Shown here in pieces: positions 29,016 through 38,321 of a DNA stretch of 64,000 nt (the first letter of the stretch is position 1; every line of letters starts with the position of its first letter). Made by a program: the position numbers and the translations under genes. The DNA comes from SAR86 cluster bacterium AG-313-D11. Its GTDB lineage: Bacteria > Pseudomonadota > Gammaproteobacteria > Magnimaribacterales > D2472. The notes below the pieces were generated by a model. The model was not told the origin of the DNA. It made no database searches and was given only the letters and a program-made list of their open reading frames with translations. The stretch spans positions 38,520 through 102,519 of the forward strand of contig QBVW01000006.1 of the NCBI GenBank assembly GCA_003284215.1, read 5' to 3'.

Positions 29016-29144
29016 ATGAATAAAGCTATCAGAATTCAAAAATCTGAAGCAGCTAGAGATAGACGCCATCGAAGACGTGATTTAGCAGAAAAAAAGCTAC
29101 AAAGTGAATATGCTCGTCTTCGAAAGCTAAGAAGAAAAAAATAG
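29016..29144 (+). CDS. candidate 42-aa highly basic small protein
   Basis: This is my own translation: MNKAIRIQKSEAARDRRHRRRDLAEKKLQSEYARLRKLRRKK, with 11 Arg and 7 Lys. It falls below the ORF-track length cut-off and has only a weak purine-rich SD. Confidence 0.3.
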   Translation: MNKAIRIQKSEAARDRRHRRRDLAEKKLQSEYARLRKLRRKK

Positions 29145-29246
29145 TCTTTTAGCCGCTCTTTAAATTTTTAACAATTCAGTTGCATGGGCTTCTTTTATCC
29201 TAAGCCACTGCTTGCATCCTTCTCATCAACAGTTTCTAATACTCAA

Positions 29247-29642
29247 ATGAATAAAACACACTCCTATTTAAAAAAGTGGCACGAAGGCTTAGTCTCCAAT
29301 GATCCCAAATTGTTAGATGAAATTCTTGATGAATCTTGTATCTTTACTTCTCCAATAGTTTTTAAGCCTATTGAGGGAAAAGAGATGTCGAAGCTTTATT
29401 TAATGGGTGCTGGCCAAACTTTTGATATGGATAGATTTAAGTATGTTCGTGAGCTTGTCGATGGCCTAGATAGCGTACTAGAATTTGAGACTTATATCGG
29501 AGATATTTCCGTCAATGGAGTTGATATTATTCGCTGGAATGATGAAGGAAAAATTGTTGACTTCAAAGTAATGATCAGGCCTCTGCAAGCAATCGGAGCA
29601 TTGCAAGAAAAAATGTCACAAGCCTTAAAAGCTCTTAAATAA
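29247..29642 (+). CDS. NTF2/SnoaL-like small protein
   Basis: From Met22 of the 152-aa ORF the protein is about 131 aa, with a SnoaL-like size and pattern. The alternative start at 29184 cannot be excluded. Confidence 0.45.
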   Translation: MNKTHSYLKKWHEGLVSNDPKLLDEILDESCIFTSPIVFKPIEGKEMSKLYLMGAGQTFDMDRFKYVRELVDGLDSVLEFETYIGDISVNGVDIIRWNDEGKIVDFKVMIRPLQAIGALQEKMSQALKALK

Positions 29643-29648
29643 TATCTC

Positions 29649-29679
29649 AAAAAAAAGGAGCTCATTAGAGCTCCTTTTA
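29649..29679. terminator. bidirectional rho-independent terminator between convergent genes
   Basis: A8-GGAGCTC-ATTA-GAGCTCC-T4. The A-run and T-run flank a perfect 7-bp GC-rich stem. Confidence 0.75.
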
Positions 29680-29718
29680 TTACTATCCTATTTGATCAAA
29701 CTTAAGGGGGACATGACC

Positions 29719-32163
29719 TTAGAAAGAGTAACTGACTGTGACTCCATAAGTTTTAGGTGCATTAGGGTATCCTTCAAAAGATGATGCAAAGGGATCTCCA
29801 ACTGATGAGAAAGCTGTATGAAGATATTTGTCATCATTAATGTTATTGCCATAAAAGATAATATCTAAATTACCCCTTGTAATTCCTGCACTAAAGTTGA
29901 GAGTATCTTTTGTCTTTTCGCATGTTCCTGCAGCACACATAGCTGCATTTTCAGCAGGGTCTATTCTGATAAATGTTGGACCTGAGTAAAGATGATTTAA
30001 TCTGATGTAACCATCTGTATTACCTCTGTTCCAGTTCCAAGTAATGGAGCTAGTCAATGAATCATCATGAACATTTTCAGGCTTCGTTCCGCTCACATCA
30101 CCTGCTGCTGAGCCAACAAATGAGTCATAGTTTGAATCCATGACCAACCCTCCGAAAGTTATATCTATGCTTGGTACTGGAGAAAACATTAGATCAAACT
30201 CAAATCCTTCAGAAGACTGTTGCCCAGCATTAGCTAGAATAAATCCTGAGCTGACGAATGTATTTGACTGAAAGTCTTTTATCTCTTGCTTGAATGCAGT
30301 TACATTTAAATACCCAGTAGGGAGTCTCATTTTTACACCCAGCTCTAGAACTTCTGCTTCTTCTGGTGATGCATACCTTTGACCTAGAGCTGTATTTTCA
30401 GCTATTGGAGTTCCCGCAGCAGCCAATGCAGCAATTTCAACTGCATCAGGTGTTGAGTCTACAGAAAGATTCCATGCAGTAGATTTAAACCCTGTAGAAA
30501 TGCCTCCATATATTGAAGTGTTTTCATTCAATGCGTATGTGAGTTTTGCAGTGTAATCAACATTGTCATCGGAGGATTTACCACTTTGCCCAGCATTTGG
30601 GAAGGCTTGCATTTCAGGTAAAAATTGAAGAGCTTGAAATCCTAGCAATGGATTGAATGTGGGATTTGTTGCCAGGACAGCTGCAGTAGCAGGATCAACT
30701 CCAGCTTGGATTAATCCTACGGTTCCAATTCCAACAAAACCAAGGTTTGAAAAGATATCGGTATTAACATTTAAACCGGTAACTTCTTTTTCATCTTCGA
30801 TGTAACTTGCTCCAAGAACAGCGCTTAACTTGTCAGTGATATTAATATCAACCTGACCAAAAAAAGTTGTTGTTTCTGTGTCTTGGGTAAAATAACCCGA
30901 GCTTTCTTGGCCTGTAGCAAATAAAAGTGATCCTGGTACACCAATCAGATTCCCGACATCATTTAAGGTAAAAGTACCACCAGTTAATCCATCTACTAAA
31001 ATATCAGCATAAGTCCTCCACGCAGGGCCAAAAACAACACCTGAGTCATTTTTAAGATCTTCTTTGTAATAATAAGCTCCGATCAACCAGTTAATTTTTT
31101 CGTTACCCTGTGAAGCAAGTCTAAATTCTTGAGATTTTGCTGATAAGTTTACATTTGTAGTGTTTGGATTAAGTATCCTTGAGCTATCAAAGTCTATATC
31201 TTGACTTTCAAGGCTGTCTGAATCTCTTGAAGAGGTAATACTTGTAAATGTCATGTTATCCATTTCTTTAACTAAATTGATTGAAATTCCAGAGTTTTCA
31301 CCTTTGGCAAATGAATCAAAGTTAAAATATACAGAATCATCATATGGACTATTTGGAGCAGCCTGACCGCCAAGAGCGTATACAACTGCCTTTGCTGGGC
31401 CGGCAGATACGTTGCTTACCTGACAACAGAATTCATCATATTCATCATAGTCGGCTGTTACTCTAATCTGAGTATCATCACTGACCTCAATCAATAAATC
31501 AGCTCTAAGTGAGTATCTGTCTCTATTATTAGTATCATTGCCTGTGAACTTATTTTTCGCATGACCATCAGCCTGATGACTATCAGCGCTAATACTATAT
31601 GCAACAGTGTCGCTTAATGGCCCGGTGTAATAGGCTCTTACTTTTCTAGAATTATAGTTACCTAGAGATGATGAGATTTTTCCAAAATTTTCAAACGATG
31701 GCTTTTTAGTAACAATATTTATTACTCCTGCTGTAGCATTTTTACCAAAGAGTGTACTTTGAGGACCACGAAGAACCTCAACTCTCTCTACCATTGGCAA
31801 GTCACTAATTCGACTTTGCATTTTTGATCTATAAACGCCATCAACAAATAAGGCCACAGATGGTTCGACACCATTATTGTTGGAACCATTACCAAAACCT
31901 CTTATAAAGAAAGCGGCATTTTTAGAAGATTGGTATTGCCTAGTATCTAAAGAAGGGACCACTTGCATTAAATCAAATGCATCTACTACGTTTGCTTTAT
32001 CTATTTCATCAGCACTAATAACTGATACCGCAACTGGCACTTCTTGAAGTGTTTTTTCTGTTTTAGTAGCAGTTGTAATTATTTCTTCAATATCGCTTGA
32101 CTGGCCAAATGCATCCAACGAAAAAATAAAGATAAAAGATAATATTAACCTGTGTTTATTCAT
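29719..32163 (-). CDS. TonB-dependent outer-membrane receptor
   Basis: It has a signal peptide and plug motifs (ITTATKTEKTLQEVPVAVSV, VEVLRGPQSTLFGKNATAGVINI), and a terminal aromatic residue (SYSF). Confidence 0.9.
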   Translation of the reverse strand: MNKHRLILSFIFIFSLDAFGQSSDIEEIITTATKTEKTLQEVPVAVSVISADEIDKANVVDAFDLMQVVPSLDTRQYQSSKNAAFFIRGFGNGSNNNGVEPSVALFVDGVYRSKMQSRISDLPMVERVEVLRGPQSTLFGKNATAGVINIVTKKPSFENFGKISSSLGNYNSRKVRAYYTGPLSDTVAYSISADSHQADGHAKNKFTGNDTNNRDRYSLRADLLIEVSDDTQIRVTADYDEYDEFCCQVSNVSAGPAKAVVYALGGQAAPNSPYDDSVYFNFDSFAKGENSGISINLVKEMDNMTFTSITSSRDSDSLESQDIDFDSSRILNPNTTNVNLSAKSQEFRLASQGNEKINWLIGAYYYKEDLKNDSGVVFGPAWRTYADILVDGLTGGTFTLNDVGNLIGVPGSLLFATGQESSGYFTQDTETTTFFGQVDINITDKLSAVLGASYIEDEKEVTGLNVNTDIFSNLGFVGIGTVGLIQAGVDPATAAVLATNPTFNPLLGFQALQFLPEMQAFPNAGQSGKSSDDNVDYTAKLTYALNENTSIYGGISTGFKSTAWNLSVDSTPDAVEIAALAAAGTPIAENTALGQRYASPEEAEVLELGVKMRLPTGYLNVTAFKQEIKDFQSNTFVSSGFILANAGQQSSEGFEFDLMFSPVPSIDITFGGLVMDSNYDSFVGSAAGDVSGTKPENVHDDSLTSSITWNWNRGNTDGYIRLNHLYSGPTFIRIDPAENAAMCAAGTCEKTKDTLNFSAGITRGNLDIIFYGNNINDDKYLHTAFSSVGDPFASSFEGYPNAPKTYGVTVSYSF

Positions 32164-32406
32164 GAAATTCCTCTGTGTATAAATTATGAAAACATGACTT
32201 TAAACTAATTTTCAGAAAATAAAAGGTACATAATTTTTATTTATAATACTTAGATTTAATATATTAATTTTTTATATTTGTAAAAAATAATTTAAAAATT
32301 CTCCCTTAAATATTAAGGATTTGTTCTGAATTTATTTTAGCTATTTTCTTGGTAATTAATTAATTGAAACTTATGATCAAAGTTAAGCATTTTACGAGAA
32401 AACATA

Positions 32407-33549
32407 ATGAGCATTCAGCAACCTCTCAATGGTATTAAAATTTTAGAGTTATCAAGTATTGTTACAGCTTCACTAGCAACGATGATTCTATGCGATCAGG
32501 GAGCTGAGGTTATAAAAGTAGAGCCGACTGGATCAGGAGATTCTATGCGATATCTAGGCACACAAAAGGGTGGCTTTTCTGCAATTTTTGCAAATTGTAA
32601 TCGAGGCAAACAATCACTGAACCTAGATCTTAAGGATGATGCAGAGCTTAAAATTCTACTTGAGTTAGCCAAAGAAGCAGATGTATTCATCAGCAATTAT
32701 CGTCCAGGAGTCAATGAGAGACTGGGTCTTGGTTTAGATGCCTTAAGAGCAGTCAATCCAGATATCATCTACGTATCTATTTCCGGATTCGGAGAGACAG
32801 GGCCTTTATCAAAGGCTCCTGCCTATGATCATGTGATCCAAGGAATGTCTGGTGCAACAAGCATCCAGTCGAATGGAGAAGAGCCAGCTTATATGAAAAC
32901 ATTGATCTGTGACAAAATTACTGGCTATACAGCCTGCCAAGCATTGACTGCTGCCTTATTTAAAAGAGAGAGAACTGGAGAAACAAGCTATATCACCCTA
33001 TCAATGCTTGATTCAGCGATCTTTTTTTTATGGCCTGATGGCATGATGAATGAAACATTGCTTGATAAAGACGTACAAACAGCCCCACCATTATCATCTA
33101 CTTACACTAGTTTGATCCCCGCAAAGGATGGGTATTTTACAATTGCTGCTATGACTGATGCTCAGTGGTATGGAATTTTTAATGCCATTGGAAAGCCTGA
33201 ATTTAAAACAGATTCCCGATTTACAAATGCTTCTGCAAGAAGTCAGAACATGACTGAGCTCCTACAAGAATCACTTTTTAGATTTAATAATTACACCATT
33301 GAAGAAGCAATCAATGCATTGAGAGAAAATGATGTACCTTGTTCTCCATATGTACCGCGTGATGAGGTTATCAATCAGCCACAAGTAGTTGCAAGCAATA
33401 CAATTTTTCAAATGGACAGCCCTCATCAAGGCAAAATGAACGCTGTTTCACATCCAGCAATATTCGATGGTAATAGAATGAAAGTTACCAAAACAGCCCC
33501 AGCTTTAGGAGAACATAGAGATAAAATCATTAAAAAATTAAGCAACTAA
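32407..33549 (+). CDS. family III CoA-transferase (CaiB/BaiF-like)
   Basis: The N-terminus (LNGIKILELSSIVTASLATMILCDQGAEVIKVEP) and the NYRPG motif are typical of the family. Confidence 0.85.
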   Translation: MSIQQPLNGIKILELSSIVTASLATMILCDQGAEVIKVEPTGSGDSMRYLGTQKGGFSAIFANCNRGKQSLNLDLKDDAELKILLELAKEADVFISNYRPGVNERLGLGLDALRAVNPDIIYVSISGFGETGPLSKAPAYDHVIQGMSGATSIQSNGEEPAYMKTLICDKITGYTACQALTAALFKRERTGETSYITLSMLDSAIFFLWPDGMMNETLLDKDVQTAPPLSSTYTSLIPAKDGYFTIAAMTDAQWYGIFNAIGKPEFKTDSRFTNASARSQNMTELLQESLFRFNNYTIEEAINALRENDVPCSPYVPRDEVINQPQVVASNTIFQMDSPHQGKMNAVSHPAIFDGNRMKVTKTAPALGEHRDKIIKKLSN

Positions 33550-33556
33550 TAATCTC

Positions 33557-33585
33557 TTGAATGCTACATCTCTTGGATGTATATT
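33557..33585 (+). promoter_or_regulatory. candidate sigma70 promoter for tRNA-Gly
   Basis: TTGAAT (33557-62), a 17-nt spacer and TATATT (33580-85), located 14 nt upstream of the mature tRNA 5' end. Confidence 0.5.
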
Positions 33586-33598
33586 AACCAACTCAAAA

Positions 33599-33674
33599 GC
33601 GGGAATAGCTCAGTTGGTAGAGCGCAACCTTGCCAAGGTTGAGGTCGCCAGTTCGAACCTGGTTTCCCGCTCCA
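33599..33674 (+). tRNA. tRNA-Gly (anticodon GCC), CCA encoded
   Basis: I folded the cloverleaf by hand. The acceptor stem is GCGGGAA/TTCCCGC, the D-arm GCTC-AGTTGGTA-GAGC, the anticodon arm CAACC-TTGCCAA-GGTTG, and the T-arm GCCAG-TTCGAAC-CTGGT. It closely resembles E. coli tRNA-Gly(GCC). Confidence 0.95.
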
Positions 33675-33720
33675 CTTTTCTTGGGTTGAAAATTACAAAC
33701 TCATAACTATTAAAGGATAA

Positions 33721-35136
33721 ATGATTGACCTTATTATCCTCAATAGAAATCTTAGATTGCGTGATAATCCTGCACTATACAATGGCTCATCAAGATCAAA
33801 TTATTTGGTCATATATCTCTATGATGATGCTTATTGGCATGCAAATGGCAAGTCTACAAGACAGTTAAAGTTTTCAAATGATTGCCTGGCTGAGCTAGAC
33901 CAAGGATTAAAAAAATTTGATTCTCAAGTTAATATTTTTGAAGGTTCCTTTGATGATCTAAAGGTTTGGATTAATAATAATTTTGATGATTTTGTTATTC
34001 ATATAAATCACTGCACAGATATAGGTTATTTTAGAGATGGGTTTTTAAAATTTAAAGATTCTTTTCCTGGAAAAATAAATATATATGATGATTTTGGTCT
34101 TCAGTTAAATAATTTTGATAGAGATTCATGGTCAAGGAATTGGAACAAAATCATGAATGCAAGGATGTTTGGTAATCCTAAAAAATCACAATACAAAGAT
34201 GATGTAAAGCTATCAAATTTCTCAAATTTCATTAGCAAATTTAATGACTCATTTGCTCATTTGGGTAGCATTCAAAAAGGAGGAACATCTCAGGCTCAAA
34301 TGTTGCTTGAGAGTTTTTTATCTGAACGTTGTAAAGATTATAGAGTTAAAATGTCTAGTCCCGCTCAATCAGAGAAAAGCTGCTCTAGGCTTTCACCTCA
34401 TTTCACATTTGGAAGTATTTCGATAAGAGAGGTTTACCAAGCATTAAATCAATTTATCTCAAAGTCAGACAATAAAAGCGATCTTTATTCTTTCAAGAAA
34501 AGGCTTTATTGGCATTGTCATTTTATTCAAAAATTACACACAGAACCTGAACTTGAATTCTTCTCAATGCATAGAATGTGTGATCAGCTGAGATCAGATC
34601 ATGATGATGAGTTGATTGATAAATGGATCAATGGTGTGACAGGCTTTCCTTTTCTAGATGCATGTATGAAATATCTCCAAAAATACGGATGGATAAACTT
34701 TAGAATGAGGGCAATGATGATGTCATTTGCCTCATACAATTTGTGGCAACCCTGGCAAAAAACTTCTCCCTTATTAGCTCAACTCTTTACTGACTATGAG
34801 CCCGGCATTCATATAAGCCAAGTTCAAATGCAAAGTGGCGTAACTGGTATTAATTTACCAAGAATTTATTCAGTTACGAAACAAAGTGAAGATCAAGATC
34901 CAGATGCAATTTGGATAAAGAATATATTACCGCAATTACGAGACGTAGATCCAAAGCTTATTCATGCCTCAGAGTTAAATGATTTGTACACACCTCAAAT
35001 TGTTGACCTAAAATCCTCAGCAAGGGACGCACGGGAGAAGGTATGGAGCATTAGGAAAAGTATAGAATTCAAAAAAGAGGCTGCCGTAGTTTATAACAAG
35101 CACGGCAGCAGAAGAAAAAGGAGCTTCAGGAGATAA
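33721..35136 (+). CDS. cryptochrome/photolyase-family flavoprotein
   Basis: It has the N-terminal photolyase motif (NRNLRLRDNPAL) and FAD-domain motifs (SRLSPHFTFGSIS, GWINFRMRAMMMSF). The subclass is not assignable by eye. Confidence 0.8.
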   Translation: MIDLIILNRNLRLRDNPALYNGSSRSNYLVIYLYDDAYWHANGKSTRQLKFSNDCLAELDQGLKKFDSQVNIFEGSFDDLKVWINNNFDDFVIHINHCTDIGYFRDGFLKFKDSFPGKINIYDDFGLQLNNFDRDSWSRNWNKIMNARMFGNPKKSQYKDDVKLSNFSNFISKFNDSFAHLGSIQKGGTSQAQMLLESFLSERCKDYRVKMSSPAQSEKSCSRLSPHFTFGSISIREVYQALNQFISKSDNKSDLYSFKKRLYWHCHFIQKLHTEPELEFFSMHRMCDQLRSDHDDELIDKWINGVTGFPFLDACMKYLQKYGWINFRMRAMMMSFASYNLWQPWQKTSPLLAQLFTDYEPGIHISQVQMQSGVTGINLPRIYSVTKQSEDQDPDAIWIKNILPQLRDVDPKLIHASELNDLYTPQIVDLKSSARDAREKVWSIRKSIEFKKEAAVVYNKHGSRRKRSFRR

Positions 35137-35138
35137 TC

Positions 35139-35666
35139 TTACTCTGGCAAAACTAGTCTTGAGGCTACTATGATCTCTTTAATTTTATTGTTTTCAATTC
35201 GAACATCAAATGATTCCCTTGAAACTATCTCTTTGCCGTCAATGGTATCGGTTACTTCGTATGAAGAGGTCACCCAATGATGAATGGAGCCATCTGCTTG
35301 GGGCACATCATTTGCCATAGCATAGACAAATTCCCAAATAGGATTAGACGTTTCAAACCAATTTTTTAGAAACGCAGCGTGCTCTGCGGAGCCATTAACA
35401 ATTACGCCATTTGCAGCTTTGCCAACCAAGTCATCGGCATTGGTTTCATCAATTGCTACGAGATCTCTTTGATTATGAGCTTCTACATAATCTACCCAAA
35501 TCTTTATGTTAGAAGTGTCTCCTGCAACAATATCTAATTTTTTACCGTCATCCATAATCTCATATCCAATGACAGTTCCTTGTTTCATATGACCGGATTC
35601 GTGATGACCTGCATATGCCACTTGAGCGAGCAAAAATAAGCTAATAATTGAAAGCAATCTATACAT
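35139..35666 (-). CDS. secreted hypothetical protein (possibly NTF2-like fold)
   Basis: It has a signal peptide (LLAQVAYA). I recognise no motif with confidence. Confidence 0.4.
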   Translation of the reverse strand: MYRLLSIISLFLLAQVAYAGHHESGHMKQGTVIGYEIMDDGKKLDIVAGDTSNIKIWVDYVEAHNQRDLVAIDETNADDLVGKAANGVIVNGSAEHAAFLKNWFETSNPIWEFVYAMANDVPQADGSIHHWVTSSYEVTDTIDGKEIVSRESFDVRIENNKIKEIIVASRLVLPE

Positions 35667-35804
35667 AAAATCTCCTAGAATATTTATTAATGTTTAAAAA
35701 TAGATAACTAAACTTTAACATAGTTACAAATGCTAAAATAAATATGTAGATACAGAACTCATAAATTTATTAAATATACTTGTTAGACCAAAAAGACTAA
35801 TTCA

Positions 35805-36401
35805 ATGAAACAATTACTTATAGCAATAATTTTTTTGATGTTTTCTCTTTCAGCTTCAGCTGAATCATCTAAAGTTATATGCGAGCTCAATGGTGAGTAT
35901 TCGATTACTTTTAAAGACCTTAAAAAAACCTATCTCTCTGAAGGGATAGAGTTTTTTAAAAATCTTGCAAGACAAACTCAGCAATCATTATTTTTGTTAG
36001 ATAGAGCGAAAACTAGTTTTGCTGAGAGCGACTGGGCAAAAGATGATGTCTATATAGTGCAGTATTGGGACATTGATGCGACTAACGAGACACTGCAATC
36101 ATTAAAGTACTCTATTGAGCCGTCACCTATTTGGATCTATCCTGATGCCTCATCAAGAATTGAGCTTTCTGAAGAGGGATCTTCGGTGATACATTTTTTA
36201 GAGAACGAGGCTCAACATCCATTTTTCGATGATTTGTTGGTAGATTTTTATCAAGTCAAAAACTCTATTAACTGGTTTACTGGAAAAGGAAAATTAAAGG
36301 TTGATATCTGGTTGAAGCACAAAGACGGAGCTCGTGGCAAGAGCCCTAAAGTGGCGATCAATGCTAGGGGAGAATGCAAGCCCCAAAAGAAAAAATTCTA
36401 A
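35805..36401 (+). CDS. secreted hypothetical protein
   Basis: It has a signal peptide (SLSASA). I recognise no family. Confidence 0.4.
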   Translation: MKQLLIAIIFLMFSLSASAESSKVICELNGEYSITFKDLKKTYLSEGIEFFKNLARQTQQSLFLLDRAKTSFAESDWAKDDVYIVQYWDIDATNETLQSLKYSIEPSPIWIYPDASSRIELSEEGSSVIHFLENEAQHPFFDDLLVDFYQVKNSINWFTGKGKLKVDIWLKHKDGARGKSPKVAINARGECKPQKKKF

Positions 36402-36426
36402 ACAATATCTTTATTAAGATTGAGGT

Positions 36427-38097
36427 TTAATATTGAGTGTTAAATATCTCTTTTCCGCGAGAAAAAGTTGCAACAACTTTAAGGTCTAAAATATCTTTAG
36501 TATCAATGCTGAGAGGATCTTCAGAAAGCACAACTAGATCAGCCTGTTTACCAATCTCAAGACTTCCTTTGATGTCATCCTCAAAATGCTGATACGCTGC
36601 ATTGATTGTCATTGCTGCAAGAGCATCATAGGTAGAAATTTTTTGCTCCTCACCTAAGACTTTCCCAGATCTTGTCTCTCTATTTGTGCTCGACCAAAGC
36701 AGTCTAATCATATCCGGAGGAACAACTGGCGCATCATTATGGACAGTAAAAGGCATTTTTCTGTTGAGAGTAGATTTTGTAGGACTGATGCGCATAGCAC
36801 GATCTTCTCCGAAGACAGAGTCTCTGTGCCAATCTCCCCAATAGAAGGTATGAGTGGAAAAATAAGACGGAATAATCTTAAGCTCCTTCATTTGGTCTAG
36901 TTGATCTTCCCTTACGGTTTGGGCATGGATCATAATGGTCCGATGATCATGCAAAATTTTGGCATCTTTAACAGCTTTTATCAGCATGTCAGCTGCAGCA
37001 TCACCATTGGCATGAGCCATGATGGGAATTTCTAGTTCAGCATATTGTTTTACCCATTTTGAAACTTCTGGTTGAGGAATTAAAGGATAGCCTTTGTATG
37101 ATTCTGATTCGCTGTGAGGAGGTTTGTAATAGGGCTCAGTTAAATAAGCAGTTTTTCCTTGCGGAGAGCCATCTAAAATTAGTTTGATGCCACCAATTTT
37201 TAATCTACCTTCATAGTTGCCAAAATTAATTGAATCAAGATTTTTATCTAAACCATTTTGACCGATGGGGTAGCTTATAATATCTAAATCAATAGCTCCT
37301 TGGGCATCAGCTGCCTTCATTAAATTTATCGTTTCTAGGCTCGAGGCTCCATCTTGAGCGGTGGTGATACCATTCATCGCATATATTTCCATAGCTTTTT
37401 TCACGCTTCCAATTGGATCTTTGTAGGCACTCATTGCTAATTGCTGAAGAGGATATGCAGCAGTTTCCTCAAACACTCCATTGGGTTCTGAGGAATTTTC
37501 GTACCTTCGAATTTTGCCACCAGGTGGATCAAGGGTCTCTGCGTCAATATTTGCTAATGACAAACCCAAGGAATTAGCTGCGCCAAGATGAGCTGATACA
37601 TGAATAAGATATATTGGATGCTCTGTGCTGACTGCATCCAGGTCATCTTTTGTGGGATGTCTCTGCTCTACTAAAAGCGAGTCATCATAACCAAGGCCCA
37701 TTAACCATTCGCCAGGCTGCAGGTTAGAGCTTTCAATAAATTTTTTGAGCTCTATCTGCAGATCCTTGATGGTAGTTATTTTTCCAACTGGAGGAGAGGC
37801 AATATTGGCAACCTGTGTGGCAAATGCCAAGTAAGAAGCATGACCATGCGCATCAATAAACCCTGGCAATACCGCCTGATTACCATAATTAATATGCTTT
37901 CCTTGAATATGTTTTGCATCCTTATGCAATCCAATCCAAATAATTCTTTCATTTTTGATAGCTACTGACAGGGGCTGAGCCTTCTTATGGCCTGTCATTA
38001 AAATTACATTGTTTGAACTTATGATTAAGTCTGCTTCTTTTGTATTTTTATCATACGAGCATGAACTGATAAGCAAAATGAAAAATAAATATCGCAT
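36427..38097 (-). CDS. amidohydrolase-family metallohydrolase lipoprotein (YtcJ / amidohydrolase_3-like)
   Basis: It has a lipobox (LISSCS), the metal-binding motif PGFIDAHGH, and a later HANGD. Confidence 0.8.
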   Translation of the reverse strand: MRYLFFILLISSCSYDKNTKEADLIISSNNVILMTGHKKAQPLSVAIKNERIIWIGLHKDAKHIQGKHINYGNQAVLPGFIDAHGHASYLAFATQVANIASPPVGKITTIKDLQIELKKFIESSNLQPGEWLMGLGYDDSLLVEQRHPTKDDLDAVSTEHPIYLIHVSAHLGAANSLGLSLANIDAETLDPPGGKIRRYENSSEPNGVFEETAAYPLQQLAMSAYKDPIGSVKKAMEIYAMNGITTAQDGASSLETINLMKAADAQGAIDLDIISYPIGQNGLDKNLDSINFGNYEGRLKIGGIKLILDGSPQGKTAYLTEPYYKPPHSESESYKGYPLIPQPEVSKWVKQYAELEIPIMAHANGDAAADMLIKAVKDAKILHDHRTIMIHAQTVREDQLDQMKELKIIPSYFSTHTFYWGDWHRDSVFGEDRAMRISPTKSTLNRKMPFTVHNDAPVVPPDMIRLLWSSTNRETRSGKVLGEEQKISTYDALAAMTINAAYQHFEDDIKGSLEIGKQADLVVLSEDPLSIDTKDILDLKVVATFSRGKEIFNTQY

Positions 38098-38321
38098 TTT
38101 TAATAAGGTAATAAATCTTCTAGTTATTGTATTACTAAATATAGAATTTTATCTTGTTATTAAGATCTGAAATATTAGTGTTTAACAAAATTCTAAAAAA
38201 TAAGGTTTTTTCATTGCATTCATAAGATTTATTATGTTTACTGATATATATACAAAATATTTATAATAATTTTTGAAATATTTTTTACTTTAATACTTAC
38301 TTTTTTAGGGGGAGTTAAGTT

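Noticed and set aside
33599-38097. A genomic island integrated at tRNA-Gly
   Set aside because: I found no integrase, and no direct repeat of the tRNA 3' end in the downstream sequence I read. The flanking genes (photolyase, amidohydrolase, secreted hypothetical proteins) show no obvious compositional break by eye. This cannot be fully excluded without a computed repeat search.
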